NCBI GenBank assembly: GCA_039915005.1
Contig: JBDSOE010000172.1
Coordinates: 348-64,347 of the forward strand
DNA: 64,000 nt
Source: Ginsengibacter sp.
GTDB taxonomy: Bacteria; Bacteroidota; Bacteroidia; Chitinophagales; Chitinophagaceae
Direction of reading: 5' to 3'
In this document: one piece after another, positions 49,841 through 60,103 of the stretch
Layout of the letters: every line of letters begins with the position of its first letter
How positions within the stretch are numbered: the stretch's first letter is position 1
The notes under the pieces: model-generated
Seen by the model: only the letters and a program-made list of their open reading frames with translations
Told to the model about the DNA's origin: nothing
Databases searched by the model: none
Program-made: the position numbers and the translations under genes

Positions 49841-51349
49841 ATGATGAAAAGAATTGGATGCTTACCGTTATTAATTTTTAGCTTGTGGGTAAATGCACAA
49901 AACGTAAAGTATAAAGTACCCGAAAATAATGCACCTAAACTGGAAACTATCCTGGGAAATAAACAAATGAACGTCATTTTTATTTTAACCGATGACCACC
50001 GGTATGATTTTATGGGCTTTACCGGTAAACTACCTTGGTTAAAAACTCCGGCCTTAGATGAAATGTCGAAAGAAGGCGCATGGTTTAAGAATTCATTTGT
50101 TACAACTTCTTTATGTTCACCAAGCCGAGCCTCTATTCTTACCGGTGAATATTCGCATGTGCATTCAATAGTAGATAATAATGCACCGGAGCCTGCCAAC
50201 CTCATTTATTTTCCCCAGTATTTGCAAAAGGCGGGGTATCAAACTTCTTTTTTTGGCAAATGGCACATGGGCAATGCCTCGGACAGGCCACGACCAGGTT
50301 TTGACCACTGGGAAAGCTTTAGTGGGCAGGGAATTTATTATAATCCTAAATTGAATATTGATGGAAAAGAAGTGCAATATAAAGACAGTACCTATATTAC
50401 AGATTTACTTACTGAACACGCCATTGACTGGTTAAAAAACAGAGATAAGAAAAAACCGTTCTTTTTGTACCTATCACATAAAGCAGTGCATGCTCCGTTA
50501 GAGCCTGCAATACGCCATCGCGGTATGTATACTAACCAACCTTATATTTTACCACCTACGTATTATCAAACATTGGGGGATGAGTATAAAAAGTTAGACT
50601 GGCCTGAGTGGGTAAAACAGCAAAGATATAGCTGGCATGGTGTGGATTATTTATACCATACACATCAGAATATTGAGAAAATTGTGCAAACCTATTGCGA
50701 GACTTTGATGGCGGTTGATGAAAGCGTAGCTACTTTAATGAAGTATTTAAAAGACAATCATCTGGAAAATAATACCATGGTAATTTATATGGGCGATAAT
50801 GGATTTAGCTGGGGCGAACATGGCTTAATTGATAAACGCCAGTTCTATGAAGAGTCTGTAAAAGTGCCGTTTTTGGTGTATGCACCCGGTTTGTTTAAAG
50901 GTGGTGTAGTGATTGATAAAATGGAGCAGAATATTGATGTAGCTCCAACCATCCTGCAACTCGCGGGGCTTAAAAAACCCGATTATATGCCAGGCAAATC
51001 TTTTGTTCAGTTATTAAAAGGAGATACTACTAAATGGCGTAACAAAATATTTTATGAATATTAATGGGAATACGATTTTCCAATGACACCAACTGTGTAT
51101 GGTGTGCGGACTGACCAATACAAATATATCCGATACATGGGAGTTTGGGACCAGAATGAATTGTATGATATTAAAAATGACCCAAACGAAATTCATAATC
51201 TTATCAATCAGCAAAAATTTCAGCCAATAGCTAAAAAAATGGCAGGAGAATTATTTGACTGGCTGGAGGAGACAAAGGGATTGCAAATACCAATTAAACG
51301 AACCGTTAAACACCCATTTGGAGATTACAGGCATCCTCTACAATATTAA
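49841..51349 (+). pseudogene. Cys-type S1 sulfatase (GlcNAc-6-sulfatase-like) interrupted by in-frame TAA at 51062-51064
   Basis: TDDHR, LCSPSRASILTG, GKWH. ORFs 49841-51064 and 51083-51349 share a frame: FYEY*WEYDFPMTPT. Confidence 0.88.
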
Positions 51350-51354
51350 TAATA

Positions 51355-53019
51355 ATGAAAGAAATAATCTTTAGCCTTTTTTATTTATTTACTGGTACAC
51401 TTGCCAATGCGCAATCCCGTATCAATAAGGACAGCACAGTCGTTCATCCAAATATTATATGGATTGTTTGTGAGGACATTTCCATGCACCTGAGTTGTTT
51501 TGGTGAGACAGAAATAAAAACGCCCAACCTTGATGCCCTGGCCAAAGATGGTGTAAAATATACAAATACTTATGCTGTGGCAGGAGTTTGCGCACCCAGC
51601 AGGGCCGGTATCATTTCCGGAATGTACCCTATGGAATTTGGGGCAGACAACATGCGTAATTTTTCTGAAACGAAAAAAAAACCGGCCAAGCCAATGATTT
51701 CAGGATTTCCTTCCTATTCAGTGGTGCCTCCTGCTTACTTTAAAGGCTTTCCGGAATTTTTGCGAAGGGCCGGTTATTACTGCACCAATAATCCCAAAGA
51801 AGACTACCAGTTTGAAGCGCCCGTAACTATGTGGGATGAAAGCAGTGAAAAAGCAACTTATAAAAACAGGCCTTCAGGCAAACCTTTCTTTGCCATTTTT
51901 AACCTGGACGTTACTCATGAGTCTTTTATATGGAAAAATGCTAAACTACCACTCACTGTTGACCCAAAGAAGGTTATAGTTCCGCCATACTACCCTGATA
52001 TTAGGGAAATACGTGAGGATATTGCCAGAAACCTGAGTAATGTAGTGATAATGGATGAGCAAGCGGGTAAAATTATTCAGAATCTGAAGGATGAGGGTTT
52101 ATATGATAATAGTATCATTTTCTTTTATAGCGACCACGGCGATGGATTACCCTATGTAAAAAGGGAAGTTTTGATGCGTGGTTTACATATTCCTTTGATA
52201 ATTAAATACCCTAAAAATAAATATGCCGGGCAAACGGACCCGCAATTGATAAGCGGAGTGGATTTGGGGGCTACCGTCCTTTCACTGGCAGGCGTGCCGG
52301 TTCCTGCTTATATGAAGGGTAGGGCATTTACAGGAATTCAAAGTAGCAAATCAGAAAGAAAATATATTTATGCTGCGAGGGACCGTATGGATGATTGCGT
52401 AGATAGGGTAAGGGCTGTTTATGATGGCCATTATCAATACATACGTAATTATATGCCTAAAAAACCACGTTATCAAAACATCGAATTCAGATTACAGCAA
52501 CGGGGGATGCGTCGTATCATTAGTTTGCGTGATAGTGGGTTATTAAATCAAACGCAAATGCTCTGGTTTAAAGCGCCTAAACCTGTGCATGAATTATACG
52601 ACATTCAAAATGACCCTGACGAGTTGAATAACCTTGCAGATAACAGTGCTTATAAAACGGAATTGGAAAAGTTGCAAAAGGTTATGAATAAATGGGAAGC
52701 TGAGGGAGACTGGAATGCCACACCTGAAGCTGAGTTGATAAAGAAGATGTGGAATGGCAAGTCTGTATTGCCATCAACTGATGTATCTGTTGTTACAGAA
52801 ACCAAACAAGGCCTTTACATCCATTGCAGAACTCCCGGCGCATCCATTGGTTATAAAATTATAAAGGCAGGAACGGAACTACCTGCAGATTGTGAAGAAA
52901 ACAGGAAAGATTGGATGATATATAACTTTCAACCTGTTTGGTTAAATAAAGGCGATCAAATAATTATAAAAGCGCAGCGGATAGGTTATAAATCCTCTGA
53001 ACTAATATATACTAAGTGA
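51355..53019 (+). CDS. Cys-type S1 sulfatase with C-terminal Fn3/chitobiase-like extension
   Basis: PNIIWIVCED, VCAPSRAGIISG, YSDHG, ELYDIQNDPDELNNLA. Confidence 0.92.
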   Translation: MKEIIFSLFYLFTGTLANAQSRINKDSTVVHPNIIWIVCEDISMHLSCFGETEIKTPNLDALAKDGVKYTNTYAVAGVCAPSRAGIISGMYPMEFGADNMRNFSETKKKPAKPMISGFPSYSVVPPAYFKGFPEFLRRAGYYCTNNPKEDYQFEAPVTMWDESSEKATYKNRPSGKPFFAIFNLDVTHESFIWKNAKLPLTVDPKKVIVPPYYPDIREIREDIARNLSNVVIMDEQAGKIIQNLKDEGLYDNSIIFFYSDHGDGLPYVKREVLMRGLHIPLIIKYPKNKYAGQTDPQLISGVDLGATVLSLAGVPVPAYMKGRAFTGIQSSKSERKYIYAARDRMDDCVDRVRAVYDGHYQYIRNYMPKKPRYQNIEFRLQQRGMRRIISLRDSGLLNQTQMLWFKAPKPVHELYDIQNDPDELNNLADNSAYKTELEKLQKVMNKWEAEGDWNATPEAELIKKMWNGKSVLPSTDVSVVTETKQGLYIHCRTPGASIGYKIIKAGTELPADCEENRKDWMIYNFQPVWLNKGDQIIIKAQRIGYKSSELIYTK

Positions 53020-53020
53020 T

Positions 53021-54550
53021 ATGAAAAAAATAAACCTTAAACCAATTTTTAAATTGAAAAATATTTTTTTAATCTCACTTGTTATTATAACAGCCTCGTG
53101 CATTTTATTTTCCTTCAAAAAAAGAGCGTTACAGAAAAAACGCCCTAATGTAATCATCCTCATTGCCGACCAATGGCGTGGGCGTTCACTTGGCTTTTTG
53201 CACGAAGATCCTGTGATGACACCGCATCTTGATTCGCTCGCTAAACATAGCCTTGTATTGAATAATTTTATCAGCAATTATCCCGTTTGTTCTCCTGCAA
53301 GGGGTATGCTGATGACAGGCCAATACCCGCTTGCTAATCACGTGTATGATAATATACAAACCGCATCAGCGCCTTACGGTGTTCAATTAAGGACAGATGC
53401 AATCTGCTGGAGCGATGTACTGAAACAAAATGGGTATTCTCTTGGGTACATTGGTAAATGGCATTTGGATTCCCCGCATCCGCCCTACATTTCCACATCC
53501 AATAATAAAGAAATGCTAAAATGGAATGAATGGACGCCCCCGGAGCGCCGCCATGGTTTTGATTACTGGTACGCCTACGGCACTTATGATGTGCATACCT
53601 GTCCAATGTATTGGGATACTCATGCAGCAAGAAATGATTTTCACTACGAGGATGAGTGGGAGCCTCAGCACGATATAAACAAAGCCATTAGTTTTTTAGA
53701 AAATAAAAATGACAGTTTTCGCAATGGTGCTAAACCTTTTGGCCTGGTAGTTTCTATGAATCCGCCGCACGGAGGCTATCAATTTGTGCCGGAAAAATAT
53801 TATAGTCTTTATAAAGATATTCCTCTTGATTCATTTTTAAAAGACCCTGATATTCCTGCTGCCGGTACGCCAATGGGAAATGCTTATCGCAGTGACATCA
53901 AATATTATAATGCCGCCATTACAGGTGTGGATGAACAGATTGGCCGACTGATGGCTGCTTTGAAACAAAATGGTTTAGAGGAAAATACCATTGTATTATT
54001 TATTTCTGACCATGGAAACTGCCTTGGAAAACACAACCAGATTACTAAGAACAATATTTATGAAGAGTCGCTTCGAGTGCCGTTTATGCTTTATTGGAAA
54101 GGCCATGTTGTATCAGGTATAGACAGTAAATGTTTACTATCTTATCCTGATATTTATCCTACACTTTTAAGTATGATGGGGATGAAGAATAAAATTCCCA
54201 AAGGTGTTCAGGGTAAAAACTATTCTTCGTATATACTTAACCGTAAGGGAGCGTTTCCTCAAACACAATTTTTTATGGGCAACATTAAGGCCCCTGATTT
54301 ACAAACCGGTTTTCGCGGAGTGCGTACAGAGGAATACAAACTGGCTTTTTTCAAAAAGAATGCTTCCGATTCCCTGCATAGCTATTTATTCAACCTGAAA
54401 AAAGACCCTTTTGAAATGAATAATCTTTTTGGTCAATTTCCTTCGTTACAGGAAACTCTGAAAAGTAAATTAGTAAAGTGGCTCAGGGAAAATAAAGATC
54501 CTTTTGTTCAATTGATTGAGCAGGCTATTCCGGATATGCCAGAGCAGTAA
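53021..54550 (+). CDS. Cys-type S1 sulfatase
   Basis: RPNVIILIADQ, VCSPARGMLMTG, GKWHL, ISDHG, LFNLKKDPFEMNNL. Confidence 0.93.
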   Translation: MKKINLKPIFKLKNIFLISLVIITASCILFSFKKRALQKKRPNVIILIADQWRGRSLGFLHEDPVMTPHLDSLAKHSLVLNNFISNYPVCSPARGMLMTGQYPLANHVYDNIQTASAPYGVQLRTDAICWSDVLKQNGYSLGYIGKWHLDSPHPPYISTSNNKEMLKWNEWTPPERRHGFDYWYAYGTYDVHTCPMYWDTHAARNDFHYEDEWEPQHDINKAISFLENKNDSFRNGAKPFGLVVSMNPPHGGYQFVPEKYYSLYKDIPLDSFLKDPDIPAAGTPMGNAYRSDIKYYNAAITGVDEQIGRLMAALKQNGLEENTIVLFISDHGNCLGKHNQITKNNIYEESLRVPFMLYWKGHVVSGIDSKCLLSYPDIYPTLLSMMGMKNKIPKGVQGKNYSSYILNRKGAFPQTQFFMGNIKAPDLQTGFRGVRTEEYKLAFFKKNASDSLHSYLFNLKKDPFEMNNLFGQFPSLQETLKSKLVKWLRENKDPFVQLIEQAIPDMPEQ

Positions 54551-54552
54551 TA

Positions 54553-54735
54553 ATGGCAACACAAATCTGTTTTAAAGGATAGACTAATGTTTTTACGGAT
54601 GGAAAATAAACTTTTCGCCTACAAGCCAATGGCAAAGCATTTTTGAGCGCCCATGAGGTTACCTTAATAGATAAAGATTATGGTAATACTCCCGGGGCTT
54701 TAAACTCTTAAACATTATTATTAAAAAAGGGTTAA
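54553..54735 (+). pseudogene. Remnant of a PA14-like domain (sulfatase-associated type)
   Basis: QICFKG*TNVFTDGK*TFRLQANGKAFLSAHEVTLIDKDYGNTPGALNS*TLLLKKG*. The first two stops sit where Tyr is expected. Confidence 0.55.
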
Positions 54736-54902
54736 TTAAATACGGCTATCCTACATGAAAAATCAAAATAAAAATTCATCTGTAAAATTAGAATGGGCGT
54801 TCGGTAACTGGATATTTAGCTACATTTCTAAATATATCTAGAGCAATTCATAAATGATTAAAGCATTTAAATTGCAGGTGCTTTTTAAATAAAGTAGTAA
54901 AA

Positions 54903-56816
54903 ATGAAAATCATCATACGCATAATTTTCTTATCAGTTCTCTCCTGCCCCTTTATTACAATCGCGCAAAATAAAAAAATTGTAAAACCCAATATTTTATG
55001 GGTCACCATTGAAGATACCTCACCTAAGTTCATTGGGGCTTATGGAAATATAGATGCAAGAACACCCCACATGGATAATCTGGCAAAAAATGGAATCCGT
55101 TTTGCAAATGCGTTTTCTACTGGAACAGTATGCTCTCCAAGCCGCTCCTGTATTATAACAGGTGTAAAAACTTATAAACTCGGAACAGGCCACCATAGAA
55201 GCGATGTTCCAATTCCTGGCTTTATTAAAGGCTTTCCTTACTACCTGAAACAGGCAGGCTATTATGTTTCTAATAATAGCAAAACTGATTACAATATAGC
55301 CAACGCAAAACAATTCATAAATCAAACCTGGAATGAAAGTTCAGGGGAGGCAGGCTGGTGGAACCGCAAACCGGGGCAGCCTTTTTTTGCCGTTTTCAAT
55401 TTTATGGATTCTCATCAATCCAGAACGATGACATGGCCATATGACCAATACAAGAAAGAGATTTTTGATAAATTGTTACCCCGGGAACGAATTGGAGATA
55501 ATGATTTTAAACTTCCACCCATCTATCATGAATCTCCCGAAATGCGCCACCAATTTGCCAGAATATATAATTCTTTGAAACGTACAGATAATGAAATAGG
55601 TGAGTTGCTAGATCATTTAAAGAAAGATCATTTGATGGACAGCACCATCATATTTTTTTATGCAGATCACGGAGAAGGAATGCCACGCGGCAAAACCAAT
55701 GGCATTGACTATGGTTACCGTGTTCCATTCGTAATCTGGTTTCCACCGATGTATAGTTATCTGTCTCCCTGGGGTAAGGCTGGATCTGTAACTGATGAAT
55801 TAATAGATTTTGAGGATTTTGCACCAACGATTATCGGTCTTGCGGGGGGCGATATTCCCGACTATCTTAAAGGAAGAATTTTTTTAGGAAATAAAAGATC
55901 AAAAACAAGGCAGGAACTATTTCTCTCGAACGATCGTTCGGATAACAGCCCTGATCTTGGAAGGGCAGTAACCAATGGCAGATTTATGTATTCAAGGAAT
56001 TTCATGCCTTTTGAGCCGGAGTTAAGATACATCCGCTATATGGAAATAGGAGCCATCAAGCAACAAATGCGGACCGATCTTAAAGGCAATCTGATTAATA
56101 GTTTTCAGCAAAGCTTGTTTGCGCCACGGGCGCCTGAAATGCTTTTTGATATAAAAAATGACCCATGGGAAATGAACAACCTTGCTGATGAAAAACAGTA
56201 TCAGGATAAATTAATGGATTTTCGTAAAGCACTAAAAAGAAACATTATTAAAGAACGGGACGTTTTATTATTGCCGGAATATGAAACGAATCAAATTTCT
56301 AAGACAACAACATTATATGAATACAGGCAGCAGGATAAGAAATTTTCTGTAAAAGAAATTTATGAAGCAGCTTCGCTTTCAGGATTTAGGAATTTCGTCA
56401 CTGCAGAAAAGCAAATTGAACTTTTAAAAAATAAAAATTCCATAATAAGATATTGGGCAATCATTGGATTGCGTTGCCAGCCCAAGGAAGTTTTACAAAA
56501 ATATATACAGGAAATTATTTCAGCTATGGATGACAATTATCTACCGGTTTCTGTAACATCTGCAGCCATTGCTTATGATTGTTTTGATAATAGCAAAGCA
56601 GAAGAAATATTGAAACAAGCTTGTAAAAATACCAACATGGATGTTGCGCTGCTGGCTATAAATTATTTGTTGTATGTGCAGAAGCCGGAGCCATTTACGG
56701 ATGTGATTAATGAAGTAAAAAATGCAAAAGTTATTTACAATGTAAAGGCAGCCTGCAATGATTTTCTTGGTAAAATGAATTTGGTAGATAACAATGCGGA
56801 AAATGAGGATAATTAA
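54903..56816 (+). CDS. Cys-type S1 sulfatase with C-terminal HEAT-like repeats
   Basis: KPNILWVTIED, VCSPSRSCIITG, YADHGEG, DPWEMNNLA; IRYWAIIGL helical repeats. Confidence 0.92.
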   Translation: MKIIIRIIFLSVLSCPFITIAQNKKIVKPNILWVTIEDTSPKFIGAYGNIDARTPHMDNLAKNGIRFANAFSTGTVCSPSRSCIITGVKTYKLGTGHHRSDVPIPGFIKGFPYYLKQAGYYVSNNSKTDYNIANAKQFINQTWNESSGEAGWWNRKPGQPFFAVFNFMDSHQSRTMTWPYDQYKKEIFDKLLPRERIGDNDFKLPPIYHESPEMRHQFARIYNSLKRTDNEIGELLDHLKKDHLMDSTIIFFYADHGEGMPRGKTNGIDYGYRVPFVIWFPPMYSYLSPWGKAGSVTDELIDFEDFAPTIIGLAGGDIPDYLKGRIFLGNKRSKTRQELFLSNDRSDNSPDLGRAVTNGRFMYSRNFMPFEPELRYIRYMEIGAIKQQMRTDLKGNLINSFQQSLFAPRAPEMLFDIKNDPWEMNNLADEKQYQDKLMDFRKALKRNIIKERDVLLLPEYETNQISKTTTLYEYRQQDKKFSVKEIYEAASLSGFRNFVTAEKQIELLKNKNSIIRYWAIIGLRCQPKEVLQKYIQEIISAMDDNYLPVSVTSAAIAYDCFDNSKAEEILKQACKNTNMDVALLAINYLLYVQKPEPFTDVINEVKNAKVIYNVKAACNDFLGKMNLVDNNAENEDN

Positions 56817-57176
56817 AAGAGATTGATCAAAAAAGATAAAGATACTGATGGTGATTTTATAAGATTTATGAAAAACAAGTGATGAATTGTTTAATTTTTT
56901 TACCTCAAAAACCAAACAGGTCAAGTTTATAAAGCTAAGGCATATTCACCTCATGTTTGTAAGGTATGTTAACCCTTATTGATTATTTCCTTCAACTCCC
57001 ATCTTTGTTAGTTTGATTGTATAGCGTTATTTCAAATTAGTAAAGATAAACTGAATTTAGTTTTCATAACAGGTGACGCTGGTTTAAGTTTTGGAGGGGC
57101 GCTTGAATTTTAAAAATGTTCTATTAATTTAGAGCGTTTCATATTTCTGAAATGTCATTTAAAATCCAACAGCGAA

Positions 57177-57791
57177 ATGCAAAAAATTGAAAACGTCATT
57201 TTTGACCTCGGAGGGGTTATCCTCGACATTGATTACAATCTTACGCGCACTGCATTTGAAAAGTTAGGAGTAGTTAATTTTGATGAAATGTATTCACAAG
57301 CAAGCGCCGACAAACTTTTCCAGAAATTAGAAACCGGGCTCATTGCTGAAGATGATTTTTTTGCAGAGCTGAATAAATGTACCGGGCTTCGGTTGTCTCC
57401 TCTTGAAATCACTACTGCCTGGAATGCCATGTTGTTGCAATACAGAGAAAAGAGCCTCGGTTTTCTTACCACGATCCAGCCTAAATACAATTTATTTTTA
57501 TTGAGCAACACCAATTTTATACATTTAACGGCTCTGGAAAAAATGTTTAATAGTAAAAAAAGAAATAAAACATTTGGGGAATATTTCAACAAAGCTTTTT
57601 ACTCCTGTGAAATCGGATTGCGAAAACCCGATGCCGAATGTTACCAATGGGTAATTGACCATTTACATATTGATCCTGCAAAATCTCTTTTCATAGATGA
57701 CCTTGAAGATAATGTAGCGGCAGCAAAATCGGTAGGATTGCAAACGATCCAGTTAAAAGCAGGAAATAAAATAGAAGAATTGGGTTTGTAA
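57177..57791 (+). CDS. HAD-family phosphatase (YihX-like)
   Basis: VIFDLGGV, LLSNTN, LRKPD, FIDD. Confidence 0.92.
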   Translation: MQKIENVIFDLGGVILDIDYNLTRTAFEKLGVVNFDEMYSQASADKLFQKLETGLIAEDDFFAELNKCTGLRLSPLEITTAWNAMLLQYREKSLGFLTTIQPKYNLFLLSNTNFIHLTALEKMFNSKKRNKTFGEYFNKAFYSCEIGLRKPDAECYQWVIDHLHIDPAKSLFIDDLEDNVAAAKSVGLQTIQLKAGNKIEELGL

Positions 57792-57837
57792 GTGTAGGGT
57801 GCAACCTGTCTCTATACAGAAACAATTTGCATTCTCA

Positions 57838-58080
57838 TTAGGGAGTTTTTACTTCCTCGAACTCAATATAATCTTCTTCTTTCTTTTGTACAGGCTCCTG
57901 TGGCTGCGGTTTTGGTTGGCTTTGATATCGGTTCATATCGCTTTGCATTTTAGAGCTCATTTCTCCAAACTGTTTTTTAATTTTCTTTGTAGATTGATAA
58001 ATAGGGATAATAAAATTGAATATCAATTTATATAAAAGGTAAATCAAAAATAATTCGGCGGCGAGTCTGAAAATATTCAT
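57838..58080 (-). CDS. Small membrane protein (DUF4834-like)
   Basis: N-terminal TM segment and C-terminal EEDYIEFEEVK. Confidence 0.7.
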   Translation of the reverse strand: MNIFRLAAELFLIYLLYKLIFNFIIPIYQSTKKIKKQFGEMSSKMQSDMNRYQSQPKPQPQEPVQKKEEDYIEFEEVKTP

Positions 58081-58199
58081 GAAGCAAAAATAATTATTTT
58101 AAATCAATTGGCTTTGTGACGTGATGAATTTCATACCAAAGATTTGTTAATCCATTTGTAGGGGTAAAACATAATTTGGGACGTAAGTCTTATTTGCCC

Positions 58200-58207
58200 T
58201 ATATTTG
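58200..58207 (+). promoter_or_regulatory. -7 element (TATATTTG) for rimP-nusA-infB
   Basis: TAnnTTTG about 70 nt upstream of rimP. Confidence 0.55.
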
Positions 58208-58276
58208 CACGCGAAAATGAAAAGTGAAAGGGAACGGAAGCGTTCCCTTATTCTATTTTAAAAAGGGTTTTTAATA

Positions 58277-58747
58277 ATGAGTATGGTATCCCCGTTAGAG
58301 CGAATTGAAGAGTTTGTATTACGGTTCATCGAAAAGTGGCCGGAAGTTTTTTTGGTTGAAATTAAAATGACCCCCGGAAATCAGATTACCGTTTTGGTAG
58401 ATGCGGATAACGGAATAACTATTGAAAAATGCACCGCCATCAATAGAGCTCTTTACAAGTACATAGAAGAATCAGCATTATTTACGGATGGAAATTTTTC
58501 GTTAGAGGTTTCCTCGCCCGGTGTAGATAATCCGCTGAAGTGGCATCGCCAGTATTTAAAAAATATGGGTAGAAAAGTAGAAGTGTTATTGAATGATGGC
58601 ACTAAATTGGAAGGAGTTCTTCTCCGGGTAAATGAAGAAGAAATAATTTTAGAAGAAAAAAAAGGAAAAGGAAAAAACATAACAATGAAAGAAACAACAA
58701 TTTTATTTAATCAGATAAAGCACACCACTGTGCTGATAACTTTTTAA
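58277..58747 (+). CDS. rimP: Ribosome maturation factor RimP
   Basis: VDADNGITIEKC, FSLEVSSPG; first gene of rimP-nusA-infB. Confidence 0.95.
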   Translation: MSMVSPLERIEEFVLRFIEKWPEVFLVEIKMTPGNQITVLVDADNGITIEKCTAINRALYKYIEESALFTDGNFSLEVSSPGVDNPLKWHRQYLKNMGRKVEVLLNDGTKLEGVLLRVNEEEIILEEKKGKGKNITMKETTILFNQIKHTTVLITF

Positions 58748-58756
58748 AAATACAGC

Positions 58757-60007
58757 ATGGCAAGTATTAACTTAATAGAATCCTTCCAGGAATTCAAAGA
58801 CGCTGAAAATATAGACAGGCCTACCTTAATGAAGGTAATGGAAGACGTGTTTAAAACACTCATCCGCAAAAAATACGGATCTGATGACAATTTTGACGTG
58901 ATCGTAAATGATCAGAAAGGCGATCTGGAGATTTTCCGCCGTCGCACCATCGTGGACGATGATGATCTTTATAATACGCTTAGCGAAATAGAACTGAAAG
59001 ATGCTATCAAAATTGAGCCCGATTATAAAGTAGGCGAAGAATTGTATGAAGAAGTTGACATACAAAAAGAATTTGGAAGAAGGGCCATTCTTGCAGGTAA
59101 GCAAACGCTGGCCAGCCGTATCAACGATCTTAAGAAGAATATTTTAATAAAAAAATACGAAGGCAGGGTCGGCGATATTGTAAGCGGAGAAGTATATCAG
59201 GTTTGGAAAAAAGAGATTTTATTACTGGATGAAGAAGGTAATGAAATGCTGCTTCCCAAATCTGAACAAATACCTTCAGACTATTTTAAAAAAGGGGAAA
59301 CCATAAGAGCTGTAGTAAAGAAAGTAGAATTAAAAAACAACCAGGCGGTAATTATCGTTTCAAGGACTGATAATTCTTTCCTTGCTAAATTACTGGAGAT
59401 AGAAGTTCCTGAAATATTTGATGGCCTTATCGTAATAAGAAAAATTGTAAGAGATCCGGGAGAAAGAGCCAAAGTAGCCGTGGAGAGTTTTGATGATCGC
59501 ATAGATCCCGTGGGCGCTTGTGTGGGCATGAAAGGAAGCAGGATACACGGTATAGTGCGTGAGTTGAAGAATGAAAATATTGATGTCATTAACTGGACTA
59601 ATAACATTCAACTTTTGATACAACGCTCTCTTACTCCTGCTAAGATTACCAGCATGGAGGTGGATATGGAAGCCAAACACGCAAACGTTTATCTAAAGCC
59701 TGACCAGGTTTCACTGGCCATTGGCCGTAGAGGCGTAAATATTAAATTGGCTTGCGAACTTACCGGTCTTGAAATAGATGTGTTTCGCGACAACGAAGGC
59801 GAGGTGGAAGAATACGATGTGGATCTCGATGAATTTACAGATGAACTGGAAACATGGGTTATTGATGCCTTTAAAAAAATTGGGTGTGATACAGCGAAAA
59901 GCGTTTTGGATTTGTCTGATGAAGAGTTAGAACGCAGAACTGACCTTGAAAAAGAAACCATTGCGGAAGTAAAAAGGATTTTGAAAGAAGAATTTTCGGC
60001 TGAATAA
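58757..60007 (+). CDS. nusA: Transcription termination / antitermination factor NusA
   Basis: FGRRA, S1 domain, RDPGERAKVAV, DPVGACVGMKGSR, LAIGRRGVNIKLA. Confidence 0.98.
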   Translation: MASINLIESFQEFKDAENIDRPTLMKVMEDVFKTLIRKKYGSDDNFDVIVNDQKGDLEIFRRRTIVDDDDLYNTLSEIELKDAIKIEPDYKVGEELYEEVDIQKEFGRRAILAGKQTLASRINDLKKNILIKKYEGRVGDIVSGEVYQVWKKEILLLDEEGNEMLLPKSEQIPSDYFKKGETIRAVVKKVELKNNQAVIIVSRTDNSFLAKLLEIEVPEIFDGLIVIRKIVRDPGERAKVAVESFDDRIDPVGACVGMKGSRIHGIVRELKNENIDVINWTNNIQLLIQRSLTPAKITSMEVDMEAKHANVYLKPDQVSLAIGRRGVNIKLACELTGLEIDVFRDNEGEVEEYDVDLDEFTDELETWVIDAFKKIGCDTAKSVLDLSDEELERRTDLEKETIAEVKRILKEEFSAE

Positions 60008-60103
60008 ACTTTCTTTTATTACTACAAATAATTGAAAAGTTTTTTTGATATAATTTTAAACATAAAAAATTACCTTCTGAAAAGAAGGCAAGGAGAGGCT
60101 TTA

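Noticed and set aside
56816-57177. Right boundary (tRNA-Ile 3' duplicate) of a PUL island
   Set aside because: No duplicate and no integrase seen, so island status remains only an inference.
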